DNA from: Nitrososphaerales archaeon
GTDB lineage: Archaea > Thermoproteota > Nitrososphaeria > Nitrososphaerales > Gagatemarchaeaceae
NCBI GenBank assembly: GCA_050011055.1
Contig: JBEKJV010000002.1
Span: 3,736 to 67,735 of the forward strand
Length of the DNA: 64,000 nt
Direction: 5' to 3'
In this document: positions 18,266 through 27,661 of the stretch, one piece after another
How the letters are laid out: every line of letters starts with the position of its first letter
Position numbering within the stretch: the stretch's first letter is position 1
Made by a program: the position numbers and the translations under genes
The notes under the pieces: model-generated
The model's database searches: none
What the model saw: only the letters and a program-made list of their open reading frames with translations
What the model was told of the DNA's origin: nothing

Positions 18266-19960
18266 ATGAAGATACTTCAGATGCACGTCGACTTCATCGA
18301 GTACAGGCCAGTCAAGAAGGAGATCGCGGGCGCCGAGGAGATTCAGCCGAAACCAGTGAAGGAGGAGGAACTCGTTGTCCTTTTCACCGCCTTCGAGAAA
18401 GGGGATGATGAGGAACTGGTCAAGAAGGCGGTCTCCGAGACCAAGGGATTCCTGTCGAAGCTCGGGACCAACAGGGTCATGATTTACCCTTTCGCGCACA
18501 TCAGCCAGAACCTTGCTCGCCCCTCGGAGGCTCTTTCCTTGCTGCTTTCAATGGAGAGGGAGGCTGTCGGACAAGGGTTGGAGACCATGAGGGCGCCGTT
18601 CGGCTGGACAAAAGCGCTTCAGATCAAGGTTAAGGGGCATCCCCTCGCGGAGATGTCACGGAGCTACACGCACGAGGCACAGCCCCCATCCGCGTCTGCG
18701 AAACCGAGACATGAGCCTTCGCAACACGAGATGCAGGCAAGGGTTAGGAAGAGCGACTTCGGGCAGCTGCCGGACACAGACCACAGAAGCATTGGTGAGA
18801 GGTTGGACCTCTTCAGCTTCCAGGAGCCATCCCCCGGGATGGTCTACTGGCACGATAAGGGCTTGAAGCTCAAGAACCTGCTTACTAATTTCATCCGGGC
18901 CGAACTTGCAGGGCGCGGGTACGTCGAGGTCAGCACCCCGGCCCTCGCAAACACGATGCTTTGGAGAGTGAGTGGCCATTGGGATCACTACCGGGAGAAC
19001 ATGTTCCTCACCAACTTCGGGGACGAGGAGATGGGCCTGAAGCCGATGAACTGTCCTTCGACGTTCCTAATCTACAAGTCACGCCGCTGGAGCTTCCGCG
19101 AGCTGCCGGTCAGATATGCAATCTTCGACCCGCTGTATCGCAACGAGCTTAGCGGTGTCGCGACGGGCCTCTTCAGGGTCAAAATCCTCACTCAAGACGA
19201 TGCGCATGTCATAGCTACCGAGGACCAAGTCGAAGCCGAACTTGCAGATATGCTCGACATGATGGAAAAGCTCTATCGTGTCTTCGGTCTACAATACAAA
19301 GTCAAGATCTCAACTCGGCCCGACGAGAGTATGGGGAGCGACGAGGAGTGGGAGAGGGCCACCAAGACGCTGATTCGTGTCGTCGAAGCAAAGGGTCTCG
19401 CGTATGAGGTCAAGGAGAAGGAGGGCAACTTCTACGCTCCGAAGATTGACGTCGATATCAAGGACTCCCTCGGAAGGGAGTGGCAGTGCGGGACCTTTCA
19501 GCTCGATCTCCAGATGCCAAAGCAGTTCGAGTTGTCCTACACAGGTTCAGACGGCAGGGAGCACATACCAGTGGTCCTCCACCGTACGATTTGCGGGTCG
19601 CTGGAGCGGTTCATAGGGATAATCCTGGAACACTACCAGGGAAAGCTCCCTCTGTGGCTATCGCCTGTCCAGGCAAGGGTCTTGTCTCTCACCGACGACC
19701 AGGTCCCATACGCCAAGCAGGTCTTGACTTCGCTGCTCGCAGGAGGAGTGAGGGCTGAGGGAGACTTCGAGCACGCGACTTTGAACGCTAAGGTCAGAAA
19801 CGCCCAGCTCCAGAAGATCCCATACATCGTAGTGTTAGGGGGGAAGGAAGAGGCAGCTTCCACTATCGCGGTGAGGACTAGGGATGGAAAGCAGCAGCTA
19901 GGTGTCAGGATTGATGATTTCCTCGCCGATGTGAAGTCTCGGTCGGACAGGCTCGAGTGA
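18266..19960 (+). CDS. thrS: Threonyl-tRNA synthetase with the archaeal N-terminal editing domain
   Basis: N-terminal MKILQMHVDFIEYRPVKKEI (archaeal ThrRS editing domain), class II motif 2 YRNELSGVATGLFRVKILTQDDAH, and an anticodon-binding C-terminus. Confidence 0.93.
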   Translation: MKILQMHVDFIEYRPVKKEIAGAEEIQPKPVKEEELVVLFTAFEKGDDEELVKKAVSETKGFLSKLGTNRVMIYPFAHISQNLARPSEALSLLLSMEREAVGQGLETMRAPFGWTKALQIKVKGHPLAEMSRSYTHEAQPPSASAKPRHEPSQHEMQARVRKSDFGQLPDTDHRSIGERLDLFSFQEPSPGMVYWHDKGLKLKNLLTNFIRAELAGRGYVEVSTPALANTMLWRVSGHWDHYRENMFLTNFGDEEMGLKPMNCPSTFLIYKSRRWSFRELPVRYAIFDPLYRNELSGVATGLFRVKILTQDDAHVIATEDQVEAELADMLDMMEKLYRVFGLQYKVKISTRPDESMGSDEEWERATKTLIRVVEAKGLAYEVKEKEGNFYAPKIDVDIKDSLGREWQCGTFQLDLQMPKQFELSYTGSDGREHIPVVLHRTICGSLERFIGIILEHYQGKLPLWLSPVQARVLSLTDDQVPYAKQVLTSLLAGGVRAEGDFEHATLNAKVRNAQLQKIPYIVVLGGKEEAASTIAVRTRDGKQQLGVRIDDFLADVKSRSDRLE

Positions 19961-19965
19961 GGACA

Positions 19966-20955
19966 CTACCGCGTCGATGCGCAGAGTGCCGTCAGCTCGT
20001 TCATGAATCGGGCTGCGGCAGTCACCGTAGAACCATTGTCGTACGGCGGGCTTACCTCCATGATATCGAAGGCGGCGACCCTTCGCCCTTCGAGCGCATA
20101 TAGACAATCGAGGAGCGCAATAGTCGTGAGCCCTCCTGCTTCTGGAGTCCCTGTCCCGGGCGCGAAGGCAGGGTCGAGGCCGTCGATGTCAATGCTGACG
20201 TAGACGTTTTTGAAATTGGAAAGAAAGCGTGAAAACCTCTTGAGCTCGGCGGGGGTGCCGGTCTGCTTGGGAGAAAGGACAAGGCCCAAGCGTTTCGAGA
20301 GTCTCCATTCCTCCTGCGTAGCCGCTCTCCCCCCAATGTGAGCCACGACCGAAGGGTCGACCTTCTCAATGATCCTGCGCAAATAGCAGGCGTGAGAGAG
20401 CTTCGAGCCCTCCCACTCATCCCTGAGGTCGAAGTGGGCATCAAAGACGACGAGCGCCGTTCCCCTTGGGGCGTTGATGAACGACCCAGCCGTTAGCGAA
20501 TGCTCGCCCCCAAGCATACAGAATCTCTCGCCCTCCCCAAAGAGTTCTTTTGTGACCTTCGACACCGTTCGCATCATAGCCCCAGGGTCGTTCTGCTTCG
20601 CCAAGTTGCCAGCATCCCGAATGAGGAGTCGCTCCACGTCCACGTCCAACCTCCGCGAGTATGCCTCTACATTGAGGAAAGCCTCCCTGATGGCGTTGGG
20701 GCCGAATCGAGTGCCGGGCCTGTAGGAAGTTGTCCCGTCATAAGGCGCCCCGAAGACCGTCAGCAGCGGCTCCTTGAGATCCTTAGGCCCGACTAGGGGG
20801 TCAACGCTCGAGAACAGATCTAAGTAGCTCAGCTGTCCTTCACCCTTGTTCCGATGCCCACGCCCGCCTGAAGGATAATAAACTCGATGGCAGACCTCGG
20901 AAACGTTATCCTGTCCCTGTTGATTGCTGTTAGAGCGCGCGTGTGATGCCCACAA
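19966..20955 (-). CDS. speB: Agmatinase (arginase/ureohydrolase family)
   Basis: Mn-binding motifs VVFDAHFDLRDEW, GGEHSLT and SIDIDGLDPAFAPGTGTPEAGGL. The only canonical start in frame is TTG 20955, 18 nt after the polB stop. Confidence 0.88.
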   Translation of the reverse strand: MWASHARSNSNQQGQDNVSEVCHRVYYPSGGRGHRNKGEGQLSYLDLFSSVDPLVGPKDLKEPLLTVFGAPYDGTTSYRPGTRFGPNAIREAFLNVEAYSRRLDVDVERLLIRDAGNLAKQNDPGAMMRTVSKVTKELFGEGERFCMLGGEHSLTAGSFINAPRGTALVVFDAHFDLRDEWEGSKLSHACYLRRIIEKVDPSVVAHIGGRAATQEEWRLSKRLGLVLSPKQTGTPAELKRFSRFLSNFKNVYVSIDIDGLDPAFAPGTGTPEAGGLTTIALLDCLYALEGRRVAAFDIMEVSPPYDNGSTVTAAARFMNELTALCASTR

Positions 20956-20973
20956 TCAACGTTGTCGAAGGTC

Positions 20974-23511
20974 TCAGGACCAGAAAAAGTCCAGGGTCGT
21001 CGCTCCTAGCATCTCGTCGAAGCTGAAGTCCAGTGCGTCCAGCATCTGGTCGAACATGGAGTGGGCATATTCGATATACTTGTCTGAATCAATCTCGTCG
21101 ACTTTGGCCAACTCGACGGGCTTGACGTAGGGGGGGTTCTTCGTCTTGACGTACGCGATTATCTCTCCCGCCTTGATCTCTTTCCCTCTTTCCTCGAGAA
21201 GCCTGGCCGCCCTTACGTGCTGGGGAGTAGTGTCTCCGTACTTCTCCGTCGGTTTGCCCATCATCACGTTGAAGGCCAGCTGTTCGACAGGAACCTGCCG
21301 GTTCTTCAGCTGAGTGATCATCCTAGTGAGGAGAGCCTTTGTGTCCGCCCTAGCCTTTTCAAAGTCTGACTCGGTCTGGACCCTGCTAAGTATTCCCAAC
21401 GCCTCGTAGAATGTCTGTTTGAGGTAGTCAGGGGTCTGCGACTTCTTACCAGTTAGGCCCTTGATGTCTGCGGTTCCATCAGGCAGGACCCCGAAATAGT
21501 TCTTCTTGCGACTGCTGAAGGCCACATACCTGTACGTCTTATCTAAGTCGAGTTCCACGCCTAGCTCCCTTTCCGCCCAGTGAGTGACAGAAAGGACCTG
21601 CTCCTTTGAAGGGTTCTGAAGGAAGAGGCTATCAGTGTCGCTGTACAACACGCTTATTCCAAGCTCGGCACACTTCTGGATGGTCTTAGTGATGGCGTCT
21701 CTCCCCAGGGCGGCAGTAGCCTCAGCCACGGGCAGACAGTAGAATGCGAATGTCTCGAATCCCATTACTCCGTAGCTAGCATTGAGGAAAACCTTGAGGC
21801 CTTGAGTTACGACGTTGTACAGCTCTCTGTCTTCTTTCGACAGAGTCGGGTCCTTTGTCAGCGGCTTGTAGTGACTGACCCGCAGGTCCCTGAGTGATCC
21901 GGTGACGAGGCTCGTAATCCCCTTCCTCTTCTTGCAGACCCAGGATGTCGTGTCTGGGACCGTGTTATCCTTGCATTCTTCATGAGGACAGTTGACCGTC
22001 TCGTACGACAGGTTGTGGATCTTGATCAGGCTTGGATAGAGACTCGCGAAGTCCAAGACGGATACGTCGAAGAAGACACCTGGCTTGGGTTCGATGACGA
22101 GGCCTCCCTTGTACTTCTTGCCCTTGATCAACGCCTGCGACGACGCCCCGCCCTTCTCGGCCAGCTCGTCCTGCCTCGGGATGAGCGCCCCCATCTTCCG
22201 GTGCTCATAGAAGAGCATGCTTCGGATCCAGTTCGAGACTCCTAGCCGCGAGACGTCGTTAATCGGCATCTTTCCGATTCTGGAAATCACTAACAGGAGC
22301 TTCATTACGACCGAACCTCCCATTGATGTCAGCTCGTAGGTCAGCTGGGAGTCGTTAAGGCAGTAGCCGGCAAGCTCAGGCAAGGGCAGATCGCCTATCT
22401 CTCCATCAAATTCGATCTTCGACTTGCCGAGGAGTGCATCCGAGATGCCGTTGAGGGTGTGCTCGGCGTACCTGTTGCTAAAGGCGTAGACCTGTATAGA
22501 CCGGTTCCTGAAGAACTGATAGAGGTCAATGTGGACACCGTGCTTCAAGGACGCTGCCACACGCTCGAGCTGGACGGGGTTCTCCTCCTCGGTGATTCCC
22601 CTTCTATCAGCCCTGTGCCGCAGGTAACGGAGGTCAAAGTCGTCCCCGTTGAATGTGACTAGGACTGGGTACTCTAGGATCTTCGCCATGGTTGCCCTCA
22701 GGAGGTCGGTCTCATCGTCGAAGACTCGGCAGGTGTAGGGTTTCCCCTCGAGCCCGGTCGGATCCTTCCCATTCTTGAGGAGATACACTACCCTCTCCTC
22801 ATCGTTGAAGAACGAAACGGCTATCACGGGTTGCTTGGGGTCCTCCGGGTCGGGAAGCCGACCAGCCTCGTTGGCCACCTCTATGTCCAGCGCCACACGT
22901 CGGAAATCGCAGAGCGGCTCGCTGAGCAACTCTGCCCATTCCTTGAGGTAGGGCGCAAACTCCGGCGGGTTCCGTCCCAGAATCTGGTTCAGCGAACGGG
23001 CGACCCTGTCAGGGACTGGTTGCTCCACGGGCACAACCTTCCCTGCGGCAACGCGGTAGTAGGTCCCCATTCTGAGTTCTCTGTCGTAGGTATAGTTCTC
23101 GTAATACTTGATGTCGGCCTCCCAGGCCTTAATCTGGTCCCTGATGCTGTTATTCCCGCCACCTATGGCGAGCGGATCAGTTGTGATTATCTTCCTCAGC
23201 TTGACTCTCGTGTCGTTGAGAAGGTCCAACTTCTCCTCTTCTGTGATGTCGATGACGTCCTTCCTCGCCCTCACTTCGATCAGCTCGTCAGATCCTAGCC
23301 GGGTGTAGCAGTATGGCTTATGCCCGGTGTCGTCGCGCCAGAGCCAGAACCTGCCTGCCTTTTGGTCGTAGAACTTCAGCACGGCCAACCTGAGGTCTCC
23401 GTCGTAGAATGCCGATGCGAGAAGCGATTCTCCCAGCTCCGTGACGGGTCTGGTCAGTTCGGCGAGTTTCGAGATGAGCTCTTTAGTCTGCGTGAGAGGC
23501 TGGGTCGACAA
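20974..23511 (-). CDS. polB: Family B DNA polymerase
   Basis: Exo I LDIEV, Exo II FNGDDFDLRYL, Exo III YCLNDSQLTYEL, Pol A DFASLYPSLI, Pol B KVFLNASYGVMG, Pol C VLYSDTDSLF. No intein. Confidence 0.95.
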   Translation of the reverse strand: MSTQPLTQTKELISKLAELTRPVTELGESLLASAFYDGDLRLAVLKFYDQKAGRFWLWRDDTGHKPYCYTRLGSDELIEVRARKDVIDITEEEKLDLLNDTRVKLRKIITTDPLAIGGGNNSIRDQIKAWEADIKYYENYTYDRELRMGTYYRVAAGKVVPVEQPVPDRVARSLNQILGRNPPEFAPYLKEWAELLSEPLCDFRRVALDIEVANEAGRLPDPEDPKQPVIAVSFFNDEERVVYLLKNGKDPTGLEGKPYTCRVFDDETDLLRATMAKILEYPVLVTFNGDDFDLRYLRHRADRRGITEEENPVQLERVAASLKHGVHIDLYQFFRNRSIQVYAFSNRYAEHTLNGISDALLGKSKIEFDGEIGDLPLPELAGYCLNDSQLTYELTSMGGSVVMKLLLVISRIGKMPINDVSRLGVSNWIRSMLFYEHRKMGALIPRQDELAEKGGASSQALIKGKKYKGGLVIEPKPGVFFDVSVLDFASLYPSLIKIHNLSYETVNCPHEECKDNTVPDTTSWVCKKRKGITSLVTGSLRDLRVSHYKPLTKDPTLSKEDRELYNVVTQGLKVFLNASYGVMGFETFAFYCLPVAEATAALGRDAITKTIQKCAELGISVLYSDTDSLFLQNPSKEQVLSVTHWAERELGVELDLDKTYRYVAFSSRKKNYFGVLPDGTADIKGLTGKKSQTPDYLKQTFYEALGILSRVQTESDFEKARADTKALLTRMITQLKNRQVPVEQLAFNVMMGKPTEKYGDTTPQHVRAARLLEERGKEIKAGEIIAYVKTKNPPYVKPVELAKVDEIDSDKYIEYAHSMFDQMLDALDFSFDEMLGATTLDFFWS

Positions 23512-23580
23512 ACTGGGGTCGACCTACACCTTGCCCGACTGCAGATAAGCCTACCGTGCAAGAGTGAGCCCGACAACACA

Positions 23581-23588
23581 ATTTATAA
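23581..23588 (+). promoter_or_regulatory. TATA box (ATTTATAA) about 28 nt upstream of TTG 23613
   Basis: Canonical spacing to the start of the downstream membrane-protein gene. Confidence 0.45.
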
Positions 23589-23591
23589 CGA

Positions 23592-23607
23592 CAACCGCGC
23601 GCGGTTG
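23592..23607. promoter_or_regulatory. Perfect 16-bp palindrome CAACCGCGCGCGGTTG between the TATA box and the start codon (operator-like position)
   Basis: Read directly from the sequence. It lies in the polB / membrane-protein divergent intergenic region. Confidence 0.4.
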
Positions 23608-23612
23608 CGGGG

Positions 23613-23981
23613 TTGCCCAAGGCCTCTGACATTCTAAAGTCGAATCTCGTGTATGAATTCCTGACCGTAGGGGTCGTGTGGGCAGTCGTTGCAGTCGGAT
23701 TAGGCCTCGTCATGGTCCTATGGCCTGCCCTTACGTGTCTTGCCGCTGGGCTTCTGCTGAAGTTCCTACCCTCAGGAAGAATCACTTGGCCTTGGGCGAC
23801 CTCTTCTGCGATTCTCGGGTTCTTGGTGTCTGCCTATCAGGCTTACGTGGCCATTCCATTCGTTAACAGCACATTCTCACTGGTCGCCATGGAAACGCTG
23901 GTCGGGTTTGCCTTCTTCGCGTTTGCCCACTTGGTATTGCTCTACTCAGGATACTCGCCGGCGGGCAAGCCAGTCAAGTAA
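23613..23981 (+). CDS. Hypothetical membrane protein (4 TM)
   Basis: Four hydrophobic helices. No motif recognised. Confidence 0.55.
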   Translation: MPKASDILKSNLVYEFLTVGVVWAVVAVGLGLVMVLWPALTCLAAGLLLKFLPSGRITWPWATSSAILGFLVSAYQAYVAIPFVNSTFSLVAMETLVGFAFFAFAHLVLLYSGYSPAGKPVK

Positions 23982-24213
23982 CGTGTGAGCGGTTCAGGCG
24001 GCGCAGGAAATGGACTGAGTGTCCGCCTGTCATGGAGAGTGCTGCGGACGCCCTAGTGGCAAAGACTGAGTTTCAAGGTACGGGGTAGCTGTCGTTCAGC
24101 GCTCGCGCCACCGCGAACGCCGCAATAGGAACGAGCGATGGTGATTCACGGTCTTCGACCCACACCACTGGGATCCCTTGCATGAATCTCAAATACTCTT
24201 GCGCTGAGGGGCG

Positions 24214-25335
24214 GTGGGGCAATTGGACTTCATACCGATCAACCTTCCACTGCTGGGAGAGGATGAGAAGAAGGCTGTGCTCTCCGTGCTCGAGAGCGGA
24301 ATGCTGACCGACAGTTCCTACGAGGGGGGGAAGTGGGTGAAGAGCTTCGAATCGAAGATGAGGGAATTGCTTAGAGTGAAGCACGTTGTTGCCGTAAACT
24401 CAGGGACGGCCGCCCTGCACTCGGTCCTGCTGGCACTTGGAATCAAGCCTGGTGACGAAGTCGTTGTGCCTTCATTTACCTTTGTGGCGACAGCCAACGT
24501 GGTGCTAGCTTGCGGGGCCAAACCAGTCTTCGTCGACACGAAGGCTGACTACAACATCGATCCCGTCCAATTTGGGAAGGCCATCACCAAGTACACGAAG
24601 GCCGTGATCCCGGTTCATCTCTACGGCTATCCAGCTGACATGGACGAAGTCCGCGAGATCGCATCAGCACATTCGGTCCACGTGGTGGAGGATGCAGCAG
24701 AATCGCTCGGAGCCGAGTACAAAGGAAATCAGACGGGGACACTCTCTGACGCAGGGTGTTTCAGCATGTACGCGACCAAGGTCGCCACTTCAGGCGAGGG
24801 TGGAGCGATATCGACGAACAGCGACGAGTTGGCAGACAAGTTAAGGCTCGTCAGGAACCACGGGATGGTTCACGGGTACGATTCACGGCGTCTCGGGTTC
24901 AACTACCGGCTCACCGAGCTCGCCGCCGCGATGGCCTCGGTCCAGATGGAAAAGCTGAGTGGTTTCCTGAGGACCAGATCCAGGAATGTCGCCTTCCTGC
25001 AGGAAGAGATCTCGGGAGTCAAAGGCGCGTCTTTCACACAGGACAGGAAGGACAGGACCCACACCCATTACCTCCATACTCTATTCCTGCGAAGGAACAG
25101 AGACAAGGTCCTAGATAGGCTCAGGGCGATGGGAGTTGGGGCTGCCGTCTACTTCAAGACTCCAGTCCACAAGACTCCACTGTACGAGGAGCTTGGATAC
25201 GGCCACCTGACACTGAAGAACACCGAAGAGGCCACACGACATGTGCTATCGCTTCCTGTCCACCCCCGGCTGGGCCGCGAGGAGATGGAAAGGGTTGCCC
25301 AGGGGTTCCTTACTGCAGCACGCGAACTCCTCTAG
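24214..25335 (+). CDS. DegT/DnrJ/EryC1/StrS-family PLP-dependent sugar aminotransferase
   Basis: INLPLLGEDEKKAVLSVLESGMLT, AVNSGTAALH, VIPVHLYGYPADMD, and FSMYATKVATSGEGG (PLP-Lys region). Confidence 0.88.
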   Translation: MGQLDFIPINLPLLGEDEKKAVLSVLESGMLTDSSYEGGKWVKSFESKMRELLRVKHVVAVNSGTAALHSVLLALGIKPGDEVVVPSFTFVATANVVLACGAKPVFVDTKADYNIDPVQFGKAITKYTKAVIPVHLYGYPADMDEVREIASAHSVHVVEDAAESLGAEYKGNQTGTLSDAGCFSMYATKVATSGEGGAISTNSDELADKLRLVRNHGMVHGYDSRRLGFNYRLTELAAAMASVQMEKLSGFLRTRSRNVAFLQEEISGVKGASFTQDRKDRTHTHYLHTLFLRRNRDKVLDRLRAMGVGAAVYFKTPVHKTPLYEELGYGHLTLKNTEEATRHVLSLPVHPRLGREEMERVAQGFLTAARELL

Positions 25336-25345
25336 GAGTCCCGCC

Positions 25346-26056
25346 TTGCAGACACAGCAGAAGCTCTGTGTGGTCGTTCCTACCTACAATGAGAGAGAGA
25401 ACGTCGGGAGATTGCTGGAGGAGGTGCGAAGGGCCGCGGTCCCTGGTCTCACTCTCCTTTTCGTCGACGACACCAGCCCTGACGGGACTGGTGACTTGAT
25501 ACGCGAGATGGCTTTCCACGATCCCTCTGTGAGGTTGCTCGTCAGAAAAGCTAAGACTGGAATTGGAAGCGCTTACCAGGACGGATTCAGGAAAGCCATA
25601 TCGTTGGTCGCGCCTGACATCATCATCGAGATGGACGCGGACCTCCAGCATCCTCCGTCGGTGATCAGGGAACTGGTCAGGGCAGTTCAGGCCGGAGCCG
25701 ACGTGGCGGTGGGGTCCAGGTACGTTGCTGGAGGAGGAGTCTCAGGCTGGAATCTCTGGCGAAGGACAGTAAGCAAGGGGGCGAACGCCTATGCAAGGAC
25801 GCTGCTTCGCATTAAGGTCAGGGACGCGACCTCGGGCTTCCGTGCATACACGAGGGCCAAAGCAGAGCAAGTTGCCAATGCGGTTCTGCCCACGAAGGGG
25901 TTCGAGTTCCAAGTCGCGTCTCTCCATCTGCTGAAGGAATCCCGTATTACAGAAGTCCCGTACATTTTTGCAGACAGGACTGCGGGTAAGTCGAAGCTGG
26001 GGGTGGCAGACATGGCCCAGTTCTTCTTCGCTGTGATCAGGATTGCCCTTAGCTGA
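25346..26056 (+). CDS. GT2 glycosyltransferase, polyprenyl/dolichyl-phosphate mannose (or glucose) synthase-like
   Basis: VVVPTYNERENV, FVDDTSPDGT, MDADLQHPP (DxD), GSRY..GG. TTG 25346 is chosen because the upstream part of the ORF overlaps the aminotransferase gene. Confidence 0.8.
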   Translation: MQTQQKLCVVVPTYNERENVGRLLEEVRRAAVPGLTLLFVDDTSPDGTGDLIREMAFHDPSVRLLVRKAKTGIGSAYQDGFRKAISLVAPDIIIEMDADLQHPPSVIRELVRAVQAGADVAVGSRYVAGGGVSGWNLWRRTVSKGANAYARTLLRIKVRDATSGFRAYTRAKAEQVANAVLPTKGFEFQVASLHLLKESRITEVPYIFADRTAGKSKLGVADMAQFFFAVIRIALS

Positions 26057-26223
26057 AGTGAGGAATCGTCCTTCATCCGAAAGTCAAGATGGAAGAAACC
26101 AAGTTCAGAAGACTCTCACACCATGCACTTAGGAACAACCGTCGGATTATGGAAGGAAGACAATAGACCCCCCCCCAGTCATGGGAAAGCCAGAAATACG
26201 GGGAATCGCAGCGTGGCATTAGA

Positions 26224-26412
26224 ATGTCAGCTGAGGCACCGAAGGAGCAGCCCGTGAAGGTCTTCGCAGGAGCCGTGTACGAATGCGTGAGATGCGGCAC
26301 CAAGACGACTCAGGAGGATCTCTCAAGACTGCCTGAAGTGAAGTGCATCTGCGGGTACCGCGTCTTCAGGAAGGCAAGACCCTCAGTAGTCAAGCAGATC
26401 AAGGCCGTCTAG
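26224..26412 (+). CDS. rpoP: DNA-directed RNA polymerase subunit P (Rpb12 homologue)
   Basis: YECVRCGTKT...VKCICGYRVFRKARP: zinc ribbon plus the K.R tail typical of RpoP. Confidence 0.75.
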   Translation: MSAEAPKEQPVKVFAGAVYECVRCGTKTTQEDLSRLPEVKCICGYRVFRKARPSVVKQIKAV

Positions 26413-26609
26413 GTTCTCTGCCGTCGGCATGCCAAGACCTGGGAGCATCCGCGAAGCCCAGACCCGCCACCTCTGATTAGGTAAGATTGGGGTTCGGGAC
26501 TGTCACCCTAGGTTGTGATGACATAGGAAGTTCGGCAATAGGCTAATGATGACATCCTCTATTGCGTAATCGTTTATGTATGGGTGTGGTTCGGCTCGGA
26601 AGTACCTAG

Positions 26610-27653
26610 ATGCATCTCATGAAGAGCAGCAGGCCCGCTGCCATATTGGGTTATGGCGCTTACATCCCGCTTTACAGGATTCCCACATCCGAGATTGCCA
26701 GAATCTGGAAGGGAGGCGGTTCAGGTCCCAACACCGAGAAGGCGGTAGCCTCGATGGACGAAGACACCGTGACGATGGCGATCGAAGCCGCCCGTTACGC
26801 GATGAAGATGGCTGGCACGACAAATCTCGGCGCAATCTTCGTTGGCACCGAATCGAAGCCGTACGCCGTGAAGCCGACGAGCACAATGGTTGCGCAGGCT
26901 CTCGGACAGCACTATACCCTCGCGGCCGATTTGGAGTTCGCCTGCAAAGCGGGAACGGAGGCAATTCAGGCGATAACGGGCTTGGTCGGTTCCGGAATGA
27001 TTGAGGCAGGGCTCGCAGTAGGTATGGACACGGCTCAAGGAAGGCCCGGCGACGACTTGGAGTACGCCGCAGCAAGCGGGGGAGCAGCCTATGTCATCGG
27101 GAAGAGCGGGAAGAACGCAGTCGCAGTAATAGACTGCAGCACATCGTTTGTTTCTGACACCGGGGACTTCTGGCGAAGGGCCCACGAAAAATACCCCAGG
27201 CACCTCTCAAGGTTCACGGGTGAACCGGCCTACTTCCATCACATCGAGAGCTCGGTAAAGACTCTCTTCAAGGAGACTGGTCACAAGCCGAGCGACTTCG
27301 CCTATGCCGTCTTCCACCAGCCCAATCCGAGATTCCCTGTCGAGGTTGCCACCAGACTCGGGTTCACGATGGAGCAGATCAAGACCGGCCTGCTCAATCC
27401 GATGATAGGAAACACCTATGCCGGGAGCTCGCCTATCGGTCTCGCGGCGGTCCTGGACGAGGCGAAACCTGGTGACAAGATCTTGCTTGCAAGCTTCGGC
27501 TCAGGCGCCGGGTCGGACGCTTTCTGCATCGAGGTCCTTGATGGAATCAGGAAGACGAGAGGAGTCAACCCCACCGTGAAGTCGATGATCCAGAGAGGCT
27601 TGAAGATAGACTACTCCACTTACTCCAAGTTCAGGGACAAACTGCACAGGTAG
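26610..27653 (+). CDS. Hydroxymethylglutaryl-CoA synthase (archaeal type)
   Basis: Catalytic Cys region DLEFACKAGTEAI, FHQPN (His), and GNTYAGSSPIGLA. Confidence 0.9.
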   Translation: MHLMKSSRPAAILGYGAYIPLYRIPTSEIARIWKGGGSGPNTEKAVASMDEDTVTMAIEAARYAMKMAGTTNLGAIFVGTESKPYAVKPTSTMVAQALGQHYTLAADLEFACKAGTEAIQAITGLVGSGMIEAGLAVGMDTAQGRPGDDLEYAAASGGAAYVIGKSGKNAVAVIDCSTSFVSDTGDFWRRAHEKYPRHLSRFTGEPAYFHHIESSVKTLFKETGHKPSDFAYAVFHQPNPRFPVEVATRLGFTMEQIKTGLLNPMIGNTYAGSSPIGLAAVLDEAKPGDKILLASFGSGAGSDAFCIEVLDGIRKTRGVNPTVKSMIQRGLKIDYSTYSKFRDKLHR

Positions 27654-27661
27654 AAAAATCG

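Noticed and set aside
24073-24384. Minus-strand ORF (103 aa) overlapping the start of the DegT-type aminotransferase
   Set aside because: It overlaps a conserved plus-strand gene and has no motifs of its own, so it is a likely shadow ORF.
26515-26568. Possible C/D-box sRNA: GTGATGA (26515-26521) and ATGATGA (26546-26552) spaced 31 nt apart, as for C and C' boxes
   Set aside because: The positions where D' and D boxes (CTGA) should lie read GGCA and CGTA. There is no terminal stem. The segment sits in the promoter region of the HMG-CoA synthase gene (TATA-like TTTATGTA at 26573-26580).
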